A stretch of 64,000 bases of DNA from Planctomycetota bacterium (GCA_965223545.1 OZ245006.1:2432001-2496000); one strand, 5' to 3'. Numbered from the stretch's first letter, positions 39,924 through 50,312 are shown. Notes: a model not told the origin generated them from the sequence alone. Numbers and translations are program-made.

Positions 39924-40334
39924 ATGAGCACCCCCCGCCTGCCGGACGCCGAGCTCGAAGTCCTGGCCTGCTTGTGGCAGCAGAACGAGGCCACCGCGCG
40001 GCAGGTGCGCGAAGCGATTGCCGACTACCGCCCGCTCGCGCACGCATCCGTCGTCACCCTGCTCGGCCGGTTGGAAGCCAAGGGGCTGGTCTCCCGGCGC
40101 AAGGCCGACGTCGGCAAGGCGTTCGTCTACACGCCGACTCTGCCAGCCTCGCGGACGTTCCGCACGGTCCTCGGCGACGTGCTGCAGCGCATCTTTCGCG
40201 GCGACGGCGTCGCCATGGTGGCATCGCTGTTCGAGACCAAGCCCCCGACGCAGGACGAGCTGGTCGAGCTGCAGGCCCTGCTCGACAAGCTGAAGAAGCG
40301 GAGCAAGGCATCCACCAAGCGCAAGAAGAGCTGA
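39924..40334 (+). CDS. BlaI/MecI/CopY family transcriptional repressor
   Basis: AELEVLACLW, TLLGRLEAKGLV, GKAFVY. Confidence 0.92.
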   Translation: MSTPRLPDAELEVLACLWQQNEATARQVREAIADYRPLAHASVVTLLGRLEAKGLVSRRKADVGKAFVYTPTLPASRTFRTVLGDVLQRIFRGDGVAMVASLFETKPPTQDELVELQALLDKLKKRSKASTKRKKS

Positions 40335-40343
40335 GGACACGTC

Positions 40344-43300
40344 ATGCACACTTGGACCGACACGCTCAACGAGATTGCCCCCCGGTGGACCGAGACGGTG
40401 TGGCACGCCGGCTGGCAGGCCGCCTGCGTCGCGGCGGCGATCCTGATCCTGGTGCGCTGCTGCCCGCGCATGCCCTCGAGCTGGCGTTACGCGCTGCTGC
40501 TGTTGGCGCTGGCGAAGTTCGCCGTACCGCCGACACTGGCACTGCCGACCGGCGTGTTCAGCGCGGTCGGTTCGAGACTCGGCCACCCCGCCGCGCACGG
40601 CACGCCGGCCGAGGACCGTCCGCCGAGCGTCACCGCTCTTGTCGCCGCCGAGCGCGCCGCCGAGAGCGTGCGCCGCGCATCCACCGACACGGCCGCGCGC
40701 CCGCCAACCGCCGGCGCACCGGAAGCGGCTTCCGCGCCACGCTTGAGCTCGGCCGCGTGCCTGATGCTGATCCACTGGGCCGGCAGCGGCCTGCTGTTGG
40801 CATGGCTACTGTGCCAAGCGCGCGCCCTGCACCGGCTCACCGCGAAGGCAACGCCCGTCACCGGCGGCCCGATCGCCGCGGCGCTGCGCCGAGTGTGCGA
40901 AACCATGCAGCTGGCCAAGCCACCGCGGCTGTTGCTCAGCGACCGGCCGGTCGGCCCCGCCGCGTGTGGAGTGCTGCGCCGCTCGATCCTGATGCCGCCC
41001 AGCGCGCTGCTGCTGTCGCGCATCGAGCTGGAGACCGTGTTGGCCCACGAGGTCGCCCACCATCGCCGCGGCGACCTGCTCGCTCAGCGCCTGCAGCAGC
41101 TTGTACTGGGCACGTGGTGGTTCCACCCGCTGCTGTGGCCACTCGCCCGGGCGATCCGCAGCGCGCAGGAGGACTGCTGCGACGACGCCGTGCTGGCGCG
41201 CGGCATCACGACCAACCAGCGCTACTGCCACACGCTGCTGCGCGCGGCGGCGCTGCTGGCCGCTTCGCGCAGTGTTCCCGCGGCGGCGCACATCCTGCGC
41301 CACCGCTTGGGCACACGGCTGCGGCGCATCATGAGCCAGGGACGGCGGCCGCTCGACGCCCGGTCCTTTTCGTGGCAACGGCGCGCGGCCATCTGTGCTT
41401 GGGCGGTCGCCGCGAGCCTGGCGCTCCCCGGCCTCTCGACCCACGACCGCCAAGATCCTCGCCCACACCAGACGCGCACCGTGCGAGGCCGCGTCATCGA
41501 CGAGACCGGCGGCGGAGTCGGCGACGCCACCCTGTTCCTCGCCATCGCCGGCCGCACTCATGACATCACTGAATGGCGCGCGATCGGCTCGACCGACTCC
41601 GACGGGCGCTTCTCCGCCGCAGTCGGCGCGACCGACTTCGACGCCATGCGGCGGCGCTACCGCGTGCTGGTTGCCATCGCCAAGAGCCACGGGCCCGGCT
41701 GGGTGCAGGTCGAGGACGAGCTCGACCGCGCACTGCAGATCCGCTTGCCGGCGCCGACCTCCGCCGAGGGGGTCGTGCTCGACCTGGAGGGCCAGCCGGT
41801 CGCCGGCGCACACATCACCCCCTTGCTTTGCTACGCACCCAAGAGCGGAACGCTGAGCGAGTGGCTTGCCGCGGTGGACGCCGTATCCCCCGCCGCGGCG
41901 ATGGACTACATGGGCAAGCCGGTGAACCTCAACCAACCCGGTCACTGGCCGGCGGCGGTGACCGACGCGCAGGGCCGCTTCATCCTGCGTGGTCTGGGCC
42001 GCGACCAGCTGATACACGCGACGATCGCCGGCGACGGCATTGCCACCGATGAGATCGGGTTCGTGACCCGCGACGTCGAGGCATTCGAGAGCCACCACTA
42101 CGGCGGTGTTCTCCTGCGCGGCGGCTACCTCGAGCCGCGGTCGTACTACGGTCGCCGCATCACTCACATCGCGACGGCCGAGCGACCCGTCACCGGGGTC
42201 GTCCGGGACGCGAACACGGGCGCGCCGATCGCAGGCCTCACACTCGAAGCGGCGTTCGGCGTCAACGCCACCGGCCGCGGTGCACGCCACGTCCGCGCGG
42301 TGACGGATGCCGATGGACGCTACGAGCTGCGTGGCCTGCGCAAGGCCGACGACGGCCGCGTCTGCGTGCGGGAGTCGCTCGCGCTCGGCTACGCCGGCAC
42401 CGACCGCGCCCTGCCGAACCCACCGGGCCTCGACCCATTGATCCAGGACTTCGAGGTGCACCCGGCGGTCCGGCTGCGCGTCCGCATCATCGAGCAGGGC
42501 ACCGGCACGCCTACCGAGGCGGACGTCGTCTACTCCCCAGCCCGGGACAACCCCAACCTCCGCACTCGCGGCATTCGAAGTGTTCACACGAACCCCTCGG
42601 CCCTGCATGAGCTGCTGGCTCTACCGGGTGAGGGCGCCGTCGCCGTCTTCGCCGGGCCGGAGTATCTGACCCTCGCGGAGCGCGAGGGCGCGAGCATCGA
42701 CGAAGGCGCTTCCATCGTGCGCTTCCGTGACTACGCCACGCACGCCTACGCGGTGATCGAACCTACCGTGGGCACCTCAGAGCTCGAGCTCACATTCGAG
42801 CTCGTGCGTGGCCGGGACTACTCTCTCCAACTCTTCGACGAAAACGGGGCGGCTACCGCAGCGACGCAGCTGTTCAGCGCGCGGCACTTCGGAGGCTGGA
42901 GCCCGGCACCCCAGGAGGGCACGGCGACTCTGGCCGGGTTCAATCCACGCCGCCCGCGTACCGTGTACGCCATCGACGAAGCGCGCAATCTCGCCGGCCA
43001 CCTGACGGTCGACGACGCCAGCGCGCCGCTCCGTCTATCACTGGGCCCCGCCGGCACGATCACCGGAGTTCTGCAGGACGAGGACGGTCTGCCGCGCGGC
43101 GGGGCCTCGCTGCGCGTGACCTTCGTGCCACACGGCCGCACAGAACACCACAACACCCACGACGCATACCCACGCACCGGCGCTGACGGCTCGTTCCGCA
43201 TCGCGCCCGTGATTCCTGGCGCAGCCTATCGCATCGAAGTGCAGGTCGGTGAGGCAGACAGTGAGTACACCATGGTGCGCCGGGAGATCGTCGTCGATAC

Positions 43301-43349
43301 CGGAGAGCAACTCGACCTCGGCACGGTGCGGGCGGAGCAGTCGCCGTGA
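40344..43349 (+). CDS. BlaR1/M56 family metallopeptidase with repeated carboxypeptidase-regulatory-like beta-sandwich domains
   Basis: TM segments, LAHEVAHHRRGD, WWFHPL, EDCCD; repeated GRVxD..G..TD..GRF motifs. Confidence 0.9.
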   Translation: MHTWTDTLNEIAPRWTETVWHAGWQAACVAAAILILVRCCPRMPSSWRYALLLLALAKFAVPPTLALPTGVFSAVGSRLGHPAAHGTPAEDRPPSVTALVAAERAAESVRRASTDTAARPPTAGAPEAASAPRLSSAACLMLIHWAGSGLLLAWLLCQARALHRLTAKATPVTGGPIAAALRRVCETMQLAKPPRLLLSDRPVGPAACGVLRRSILMPPSALLLSRIELETVLAHEVAHHRRGDLLAQRLQQLVLGTWWFHPLLWPLARAIRSAQEDCCDDAVLARGITTNQRYCHTLLRAAALLAASRSVPAAAHILRHRLGTRLRRIMSQGRRPLDARSFSWQRRAAICAWAVAASLALPGLSTHDRQDPRPHQTRTVRGRVIDETGGGVGDATLFLAIAGRTHDITEWRAIGSTDSDGRFSAAVGATDFDAMRRRYRVLVAIAKSHGPGWVQVEDELDRALQIRLPAPTSAEGVVLDLEGQPVAGAHITPLLCYAPKSGTLSEWLAAVDAVSPAAAMDYMGKPVNLNQPGHWPAAVTDAQGRFILRGLGRDQLIHATIAGDGIATDEIGFVTRDVEAFESHHYGGVLLRGGYLEPRSYYGRRITHIATAERPVTGVVRDANTGAPIAGLTLEAAFGVNATGRGARHVRAVTDADGRYELRGLRKADDGRVCVRESLALGYAGTDRALPNPPGLDPLIQDFEVHPAVRLRVRIIEQGTGTPTEADVVYSPARDNPNLRTRGIRSVHTNPSALHELLALPGEGAVAVFAGPEYLTLAEREGASIDEGASIVRFRDYATHAYAVIEPTVGTSELELTFELVRGRDYSLQLFDENGAATAATQLFSARHFGGWSPAPQEGTATLAGFNPRRPRTVYAIDEARNLAGHLTVDDASAPLRLSLGPAGTITGVLQDEDGLPRGGASLRVTFVPHGRTEHHNTHDAYPRTGADGSFRIAPVIPGAAYRIEVQVGEADSEYTMVRREIVVDTGEQLDLGTVRAEQSP

Positions 43350-44683
43350 GCGCGCGCCGCTCGCCTTGGCGCCCCTACACCCCGAGCGCCGAGACTCCGT
43401 GGAACCTACGCCGCGTGGTGCACCTGCACCGCCGCGCCGCGTTCGGCGCGACCTGGCCGGAGCTGCAACGCGATCTGCGCGCCGGTCCACACGCCGCCGT
43501 CGGCCGTCTGCTGGCAGGGCCCGCCGACACCGACACCGACGCCATGGCCGACCAGCTGGCACGCGCGGCGGCGCAGAACCACGACGCGCTGCGGCTGCAG
43601 GCCAGCTGGGTGTTCCGCATGCTGCTCGGCAGCGACCCACTCGGCGAACGGCTGACGCTGATGTGGCACAACCACTTCGCCACCAGCCACCTCAAGGTCG
43701 GTCTGGCGGCGATGCAGCGCCAGAACGCGCTGCTGCGCGCGCACGCCCGCGCACCGTTCGGCCAATTGCTGCGGGCCGTCATGCGCGATTCCGCGCTCCT
43801 GATCTGGCTCGACGCTCCCCAGAACCGAGCCCGGCACCCCAACGAGAACCTGGCGCGGGAGCTGATGGAGCTGTTCACGCTCGGCGTCGGCCACTACACG
43901 GAGACCGACGTCAAGGAGGCGGCGCGCGCCCTCACCGGCTGGACGGTGATCGATGGAGGCTTCGCGCACCGACCGGACCGGCACGACGACGGCGAAAAGA
44001 CGATCCTCGGCGAGCGTGCGGCGTACGACGGCGACGCGCTCCTCACGCTCCTTCTCGACCAACCAGCGACCGCGCAACGGTTGGCGTGGCGACTGTGCGA
44101 CCAGTTTCTGGGGGAAGGCGTCGCGGAAATGGACGCCATTGGTGCGCTCGCCGACCAGCTGGCTGCCGATGATCTCCACATCGGCAATGCGGTCGCGACG
44201 GTGCTGCACTCGGAACGGTTCTTCTCGCGGGCCAACCTGGGCAGCCGCGTCTCCGATCCGGCGGCGCACGTCGTCGCCGCCCTGCGCGCGCTCGAGGCGC
44301 ACACCCCACCGCCACGCACGATCCTCGTCGCCGAGTGGGTTGCGCGGCTCGGGCAGCAGCTGTTCGCGCCCCCCAATGTCGGAGGCTGGCCAGGAGGCCG
44401 ATCCTGGCTGTCCAGTCGCACGCTGATTGCGCGGTGCAACTTCGCCCACGCACTGGTCACCGGCACCGTCACGGGACGCCCCCGCCAACCAGACCTCGAG
44501 ACCTTGGCACAGCGGCACGCGAACGAAGATCTCTCCGCGACTACCGCCTGGTTGAGCCAGCTGCTGCTGGGCGAGATGCCACCCGATCCGGTGCACGAGC
44601 GTCTCCATCTCTTGGCGCAACGAGACGGTGCCACCGCAGCGGCCGCGGCACTCTTGATGCTGCCCGCCTACCAGCTCGCTTGA
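43346..44683 (+). CDS. DUF1800 family protein
   Basis: HLHRRAAFG, LMWHNHFATS, PNENLARELMELFTLG, YTETDVKEAARALTGW, PPNVGGW. Confidence 0.92.
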   Translation: MSARRSPWRPYTPSAETPWNLRRVVHLHRRAAFGATWPELQRDLRAGPHAAVGRLLAGPADTDTDAMADQLARAAAQNHDALRLQASWVFRMLLGSDPLGERLTLMWHNHFATSHLKVGLAAMQRQNALLRAHARAPFGQLLRAVMRDSALLIWLDAPQNRARHPNENLARELMELFTLGVGHYTETDVKEAARALTGWTVIDGGFAHRPDRHDDGEKTILGERAAYDGDALLTLLLDQPATAQRLAWRLCDQFLGEGVAEMDAIGALADQLAADDLHIGNAVATVLHSERFFSRANLGSRVSDPAAHVVAALRALEAHTPPPRTILVAEWVARLGQQLFAPPNVGGWPGGRSWLSSRTLIARCNFAHALVTGTVTGRPRQPDLETLAQRHANEDLSATTAWLSQLLLGEMPPDPVHERLHLLAQRDGATAAAAALLMLPAYQLA

Positions 44684-44716
44684 ATCCGTCGACTACCATT
44701 CCACCCGAACTACATC

Positions 44717-45910
44717 ATGTCCTTCGACCGACGCAGGTTTCTCGCCGGTAGTGTTGCGTGTGCCGGATCGGCCGCGGCGCTGCGGGCCACGCGCGGGTGG
44801 CTGCCCACGCCAACCGATGCCGGCGACCGAGTCCTCGTCGTCGTCCAGCTCGGCGGCGGCAACGACGGCATCAACACCGTGGTGCCATTTGCCGACGACG
44901 GCTACGGCCGCAACCGCGACGCGCTGCGGCTGCCGCGCAAGGAGCTCCTGCACCTCGACGACCACGTCGGCCTGCATCCCGCGCTGCAGCCGCTGATGCG
45001 GCCGCTCGAGGACGGGCGGCTCTGCATCGTGCAGGGAGTCGGGTATGCACGACCCGATCGCTCCCACTTTCGCAGCATGGCGATCTGGCACTCCGGTCGG
45101 CGTGACCCGAGCGCGCACGATGGCCTCGGATGGCTGGGGCGCGCCCTCGACCGCGCACCACGGCGCCCCACCGGCGACCCGGCCGCGCTGTTCATCGGCA
45201 CTGGCGCACCTCCGGTCGCCGTGCGCGGTGCCCGCGCCGCGGCGGCCTCGCTCGAGTCGCTGGACGACTTCGCCCTGACCACCGGTGCGGACCCGCGCGC
45301 GGCTCTCGCCGCTCTCCGAGCGGACACCGACCTGATCGGCTTCGTGCAGCGCAGCTTGATCGACGCCTGCCAGACCGCGGATCGCATCGCCGCCCTGCGC
45401 GCGCACATGCGCAACGGCGCCCGCTATCCGCGCAGCGGCCTCGGCCAGCGGCTGGGCCAGATCGCCCAGCTGCTCGAATGCGGCCATGGCGCCCGGGTCT
45501 ACTACACCGAGCAGACGGGCTACGACATGCATGCGGGCCAGCTGCCGCGGCACAGCGCACTGCTCAGCGAGCTCGCCGAGGCACTGACCGCGTTCATCGA
45601 CGACCTCGCCGCCGCCGGCCTCGACCAGCGCGTCCTGGTCTTGGTCTTCAGCGAGTTCGGCCGCACGCTCCGGGAGAACGCTTCGACCGGAACGGACCAC
45701 GGCACCGCCGGGCCGGTGTTGGTCTTGGCACCACGCGTCGCCACTCCGCTGTTCGGCCGCGCACCCGACCTCATCGACCTCGAGGACGGCGAGCCGAAGG
45801 CGTCGATCGACTTCCGCCGGATCTACGCGAGCGTGCTCGGCGACTGGCTCGGGATCGAGCCCGGCACCGTCGTCGGCCCCGCGTTCGCCCCCCTGCCGCT
45901 GCTCGGCTGA
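44717..45910 (+). CDS. DUF1501 family protein (Tat signal)
   Basis: DRRRFL Tat motif, QLGGGNDGINTVVP, RSHFRS, YDMHAGQ, SEFGRT..EN..GTDHG. Confidence 0.92.
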   Translation: MSFDRRRFLAGSVACAGSAAALRATRGWLPTPTDAGDRVLVVVQLGGGNDGINTVVPFADDGYGRNRDALRLPRKELLHLDDHVGLHPALQPLMRPLEDGRLCIVQGVGYARPDRSHFRSMAIWHSGRRDPSAHDGLGWLGRALDRAPRRPTGDPAALFIGTGAPPVAVRGARAAAASLESLDDFALTTGADPRAALAALRADTDLIGFVQRSLIDACQTADRIAALRAHMRNGARYPRSGLGQRLGQIAQLLECGHGARVYYTEQTGYDMHAGQLPRHSALLSELAEALTAFIDDLAAAGLDQRVLVLVFSEFGRTLRENASTGTDHGTAGPVLVLAPRVATPLFGRAPDLIDLEDGEPKASIDFRRIYASVLGDWLGIEPGTVVGPAFAPLPLLG

Positions 45911-45927
45911 GCAACGACCGGGCTGTC

Positions 45928-47295
45928 TCAGGCGCAAAGTCGGCGCAGCGCTTCGACCATCACCTCGGTCGCCACGGCGACGTGCCGAGCGTCTGCGTAT
46001 TCCTCTTTGCTGTGGCTGATTCCACCACGGCACGGCACGAAGAGCATCGACACGGGAATCTTGGCGCCGGTGGACTTTTCTGCCATTCCAACCATCACCG
46101 CATCGTGACCGGCGCCGCTGGGCAAGGGCATGTGCTTGGCACCGATCCGGTCGGCACTCTCGGTCAACTCGAGCGTCAGCTTCTTGTCGAGCATGGCGAG
46201 CCCCGGCGAAGCATCGGTCTGCTCGATGAACGCCTTGACGTTGAACTCACGCGTCGTCGACCAAATCACGCGATGAACCTCGGCGGCGTACGTATCGAGA
46301 AACTCGTCGTCGTGGCTCATCAGGTCCAGGGTGAAGTAGCCCATCCCGCTGACCTTGGTCACGGAGTTGCCGTGAACCGTGGGATAGCGTCGATCGATCT
46401 CCGGGTCGGCATTGACGATGCCCACCGTTTGCGTGAACACCCGCCCATCAGAGAGGTGTTTGCGGGCGAGCTCGTCGAGCCGCACTTGCACGTACGCCAT
46501 CGCCAGGTTGGCATCCCCCCGGAATCTGGCGCCCATCGGGGTAGCGCCGGAGTGGTCGAAACGGCCCTCCAGAACCACGAGAAAACGTCGGTCGCCCGCG
46601 ATGCTGGTCACGATGCCGACGTCGGCGCGTTCGCGTTCCAGCGTGACTCCCTGCTCGATATGAAGCTCGATGTACCCGGTGATGTTGTCGATGTACTCCG
46701 CATCGAGACTCGTCCGGCCCTCGTCGATGTACGACGGGTCGAAGCCCTGCGAGCGGATCGCGTCGCGAAGCGACGTGTCGCCGTAGATGTTGTGAAGGAT
46801 CTGTGGTGACGACAGACCGAAGGCTGCGGCGCTGCCCTTGTAGACGGCGTTGTACGTGTACTCCTCGCCGCGCCACGCCACGACGTCGACGCCACACGAG
46901 CCCGTGCCCCCCGTTTCGGTGAGAACGCGCGCCGTCTCGAGGCCGGCGATCACTCCGGCCGCGCCGTCGAAGTTGCCGCCGTGCGGCACGGAGTCGAGGT
47001 GCGAGCCGATCATGAACCGCTGCTTCGCCCCCTCGGGCGTAGACAGGATCAGGTTGCCGACACCGTCGTAGTGCCCGATGAGCCCGTGCGCCTCACCAGC
47101 GGCGCGCACGTACGCCATCGCCGCCGACTCCTCGTCGCTGTACGCCAGGCGCGTGATCGAGCCGTCGGCCTCGATCCCGATCGTGCCGAGCTTGGCGAAG
47201 TGCTGCTCGATCCAGCGTTGCAGCTCGTCGTTGGCTCCATCGCCCTTGGTCGGCGACGGAACTGGTGCAGAACCATGCTTCGGATGCGGACTCAT
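45928..47295 (-). CDS. M20 family Zn-dependent amidohydrolase (N-carbamoyl-amino-acid/allantoate amidohydrolase-like)
   Basis: GSHLDSVPHGGNFDG, GEE, ELHIEQG, DHSGATPM, SGAGHDA, GISHSKEE. Confidence 0.9.
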   Translation of the reverse strand: MSPHPKHGSAPVPSPTKGDGANDELQRWIEQHFAKLGTIGIEADGSITRLAYSDEESAAMAYVRAAGEAHGLIGHYDGVGNLILSTPEGAKQRFMIGSHLDSVPHGGNFDGAAGVIAGLETARVLTETGGTGSCGVDVVAWRGEEYTYNAVYKGSAAAFGLSSPQILHNIYGDTSLRDAIRSQGFDPSYIDEGRTSLDAEYIDNITGYIELHIEQGVTLERERADVGIVTSIAGDRRFLVVLEGRFDHSGATPMGARFRGDANLAMAYVQVRLDELARKHLSDGRVFTQTVGIVNADPEIDRRYPTVHGNSVTKVSGMGYFTLDLMSHDDEFLDTYAAEVHRVIWSTTREFNVKAFIEQTDASPGLAMLDKKLTLELTESADRIGAKHMPLPSGAGHDAVMVGMAEKSTGAKIPVSMLFVPCRGGISHSKEEYADARHVAVATEVMVEALRRLCA

Positions 47296-47345
47296 GCAGT
47301 GACCAAACTGGCCCGGCCGGGCAACCGTTTCCAATCACGAACCGA

Positions 47346-47606
47346 TCAAGTCGCGGCGGCATCGCGCAACGCGCGCACTCGCTCGACGACGTCGTCCGGG
47401 TCCGGCCACCCACCGCCCAGGAACCGCTGCATCAGGCCCTTGCCACGCTGGGCGACAACTTGGCCGTCGACCACGACATCGAACTGGCCGAGCGACCCGG
47501 GCTCGGTCTCGACTTCGACTCCCAGGCGGTCGCGCAGGTGCGCGGCGAGACTCGCCGCGCGGGGTCCATAGCCTCAAGCGGTGCAGTGCAGGATCTTGAT
47601 GTCCAT
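47346..47606 (-). CDS. SelW/SelT/SelH (Rdx family) selenoprotein, CxxU motif, 86 aa
   Basis: Not in the ORF track. MDIKILHCTA-(UGA 47576-47574)-GYGPRAASLAAHLRDRLGVEVETEPGSLGQFDVVVDGQVV...GGWPDPDDVV, with the Rdx motifs CxxU-GY, GxFDV and WP. Confidence 0.88.
47540..47560 (-). promoter_or_regulatory. Bacterial SECIS-like hairpin
   Basis: GCGCGGCGA-GUC-UCGCCGCGC stem-loop starting 13 nt after the in-frame UGA, with G in the apical loop. Confidence 0.75.
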
Positions 47607-47679
47607 CGCCGCATGAAACGCGATCTTCCGCGCGAAGACAAGCCGCGCAGAACAGACCCGAGCCAGGCTAGGCCGAGCC

Positions 47680-48753
47680 CTAGCGCCCGAGCAAGTGGCA
47701 GGCCGAAGTCTTGATCACCGTGTAGACCGCGGCGCCGGGGGCGAGGCCGAGCTCGGTGACCGCCGACGGCGTCAGCCGCGCGAGCAGCTCCGCCGGACCG
47801 ACGCCGACGCGCACCAGCCGCTCGTGGCCGACGGGATCGATGGCCCGCACCACGCCGCGCAACACGTTGCGTGCCGAGATCGCGGCCGGCCGCTCCAAGC
47901 TCAAGATCACCTCGTCCGCATAGATGCCGAGGTCGAGCGCGGTACCGATCGGGACGTCGCACCAGGGCACCGCGAGGTCTTGCTCGCCGATCCCCACCAA
48001 GCTGACGCCCCCCGAGGGCTCGTGACCTCGCACGTCGAGTCGCAGCAGGTTGTCGACACCGACCAGATTGGCCACGCCGATGGCGGCCGGGCGCGACAGC
48101 ACTTCGAGCGGGCGTCCATTGGCGACGACGCGGCCCTCGTCCAACACGACGCAGTCGTCGGCCAACGCCAACAACTCGTCTGCCTTGTGGGTGACGAACA
48201 GCATCGGTGTGCGCAGCTGTCGCTTGACCTCGCGCAGCAACGCCAGCACGTCGCGGCCGAGCTCGGCGTCGAGGGACGCGGTCGGCTCGTCCAACAGCAA
48301 GAGGTCGGGGGCCGCCAGCAGTGCCCTGCCGAGAGCGACGCGCTGCGCCTCGCCGGTCGAGAGCGTCCTCGGAGCGCGGTCCAAGAGTGGCACCAGCCGC
48401 AACACCTCACAGACACGCCGGCCGGTGTCGGACTCCAACGCCCCGCGCGCCACCGGAGCAAAGGTCAGGTTGCGGCGCGTCGAGCGGTGCGGAAACAACA
48501 GCGCCCGCTGCGGCACCAACGCGGTGCGCCGCTTCTCCGGCGGCAGCCAGACCGAGCCGGGCCGCGCGGCCAACAGTCGTTCGCCGAGCTGGATGCGCGC
48601 GCGTCGCGGCGACAGCAAGCCGGCAACCGCGCGCAGCAGCGTGGTCTTGCCCGAGCCCGAGCGGCCGAATACCCCCAACACCGGTCCGGCGGAACGCACG
48701 GCGACGTCGAGGGTGAACGAGGCGTAACTGTGCTGGATGACGAGGTCGAGCAT
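47680..48753 (-). CDS. modC: Molybdate ABC transporter ATP-binding protein
   Basis: GRSGSGKT, LSTGEAQR, LLLDEP, FVTH, ISARNVLRG/TOBE domains. Confidence 0.9.
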   Translation of the reverse strand: MLDLVIQHSYASFTLDVAVRSAGPVLGVFGRSGSGKTTLLRAVAGLLSPRRARIQLGERLLAARPGSVWLPPEKRRTALVPQRALLFPHRSTRRNLTFAPVARGALESDTGRRVCEVLRLVPLLDRAPRTLSTGEAQRVALGRALLAAPDLLLLDEPTASLDAELGRDVLALLREVKRQLRTPMLFVTHKADELLALADDCVVLDEGRVVANGRPLEVLSRPAAIGVANLVGVDNLLRLDVRGHEPSGGVSLVGIGEQDLAVPWCDVPIGTALDLGIYADEVILSLERPAAISARNVLRGVVRAIDPVGHERLVRVGVGPAELLARLTPSAVTELGLAPGAAVYTVIKTSACHLLGR

Positions 48754-49433
48754 CAGATCACCCCCGACCGGGCGCGTCGATTCCACCACGTGGCGACCAA
48801 CAGCGCAGCCAACGCCAACGCGACGCTTGCGGCCACCAAGCGCAGCACCGCAGCATCGCCCCGCGGCGTGTTCTGCAGAACATAGACCGCGACCGGAATC
48901 GTCCGCGTCTCGCCGGGAATGTCACCGGCCAACACGATCGTCGCCCCGAACTCACCGAGCGCCCGGGCAAAGCACAGCACCCCACCGGCGGCGACACCGG
49001 GCCACGCCAGGGGCAACGTGACGGTGGCGAAGGTCGACCAACGCCCCCGCCCCAGCGACCGCGACACGTGCTCGAGCTCGGGGTCGACGCCGAGAATCGC
49101 CAGACGAGTGCTCTCGACGAACAGCGGAAAGCCGACTACGGCCGCCGCGATCACGCAGGCCGAAGTCGTGAACGAGAGGTGGCCGCCGGTGAGGGCGTGC
49201 CACGCCGCGCCCAACGCGCTGCCACGACCGAGGGTGTGCAGCAGCACGTAGCCGGTCACGACCGGAGGCAACACCAACGGCAACAGCACCACGCCGTGCA
49301 CGACGCCGCGCCAACGCGACTGCCAGCGCGCGAGCAGCCATGCCACGCCGACCGCCGGCACCAGCGACAGCAGGACGCAGGCGACGGCAACGCGGACGGA
49401 GAGCAACAGGATGGAGAGCTCGGCTTCGCTCAT
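48753..49433 (-). CDS. modB: Molybdate ABC transporter permease
   Basis: LPLVLPPVVTGY, FARALGEFGATI..GDIPGETRTIP. Confidence 0.93.
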   Translation of the reverse strand: MSEAELSILLLSVRVAVACVLLSLVPAVGVAWLLARWQSRWRGVVHGVVLLPLVLPPVVTGYVLLHTLGRGSALGAAWHALTGGHLSFTTSACVIAAAVVGFPLFVESTRLAILGVDPELEHVSRSLGRGRWSTFATVTLPLAWPGVAAGGVLCFARALGEFGATIVLAGDIPGETRTIPVAVYVLQNTPRGDAAVLRLVAASVALALAALLVATWWNRRARSGVI

Positions 49434-49473
49434 CGTTGCGGCAACGGGGGGGCGGTCAGGGTAGAGGATCGCG

Positions 49474-50205
49474 CTACGGCAGGGCGAAGCCGAACTCGGC
49501 GAGCACTTCGCGCGCCGGCGGCCCCGTCAGGGCATCAACCACGGCGGCCGCGGCGGGCGCGGAGCCAGCGAGCGGGACCGCCCACAGCGCGACGTCCGCC
49601 GTGTCCGGCATCACCAGCTCGAACAACTCCGCGACGCCGCCACTCCGCAGCTCACTGCGATAGACGAAGCCGGCATCGACGTGCGCGTCGCGCACCGCCA
49701 CCGCCACGGCCCGCACGTCGCGCAGCCCCACCATCCGCGGCGCCAACCGCTGCAGCTGGCCCGCCGCCCCCAGCGCGGCCCGCGCGTAGTCCCCGACCGG
49801 CACGCCTTCGTCGCCGACGCCGACCAGCGCGCCCTTGCCGAGGGCATCGGCCAACGCCGCCGGCCCGGAGATCCCGGCATCCGCGAGCGGCGAACGGGGT
49901 CGTGCGATGCACACCACCGTGTTGCGGGCGATCCGCGCAGGCTCGCCGCCGAGGCAGTCGGCGGCGCGCAGCCACTCGAGCCACGCGCGGTCGGCGGAGA
50001 CGAACACGTCCGCCGGCGCACCGGCGCGAATTTGCCGCGCCAACACACTGGAAGGCCCACCGCTGAGACGCAGCGGGGTGCCGGTGCGCTCCGCCCAAGC
50101 CGCGACGGCATCGTGCACACTCGCGGCGGCAAATACGCGCACTCCATCGGGCGCCGGCCTACAGCCGGCAGACGCGAGGAGCAGACAGAGCGCGGCGGCA
50201 CGCAT
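49474..50205 (-). CDS. modA: Molybdate ABC transporter substrate-binding lipoprotein
   Basis: LASAGC lipobox, VFAAAS, SSVLARQIRAGAPADVFVSA, VPVGDYA, DAGFVY. Alternative GTG start at 50316 overlaps the upstream stop. Confidence 0.9.
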   Translation of the reverse strand: MRAAALCLLLASAGCRPAPDGVRVFAAASVHDAVAAWAERTGTPLRLSGGPSSVLARQIRAGAPADVFVSADRAWLEWLRAADCLGGEPARIARNTVVCIARPRSPLADAGISGPAALADALGKGALVGVGDEGVPVGDYARAALGAAGQLQRLAPRMVGLRDVRAVAVAVRDAHVDAGFVYRSELRSGGVAELFELVMPDTADVALWAVPLAGSAPAAAAVVDALTGPPAREVLAEFGFALP

Positions 50206-50312
50206 GGCTTGGCTGGCGACGGCCGCGCCATCGCCCCAGAAGCTGGGTCGATGGCGCGGCACCGATCGTCGCGGCATTCGGCCAGCAGCGCCAGCCGAAC
50301 CCGTCACGGGCT

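Noticed and set aside
45928..47295. M20 hydrolase as a substitute for the missing HutI
   Set aside because: HutI belongs to the amidohydrolase TIM-barrel superfamily, not M20; hutI is more likely elsewhere in the genome
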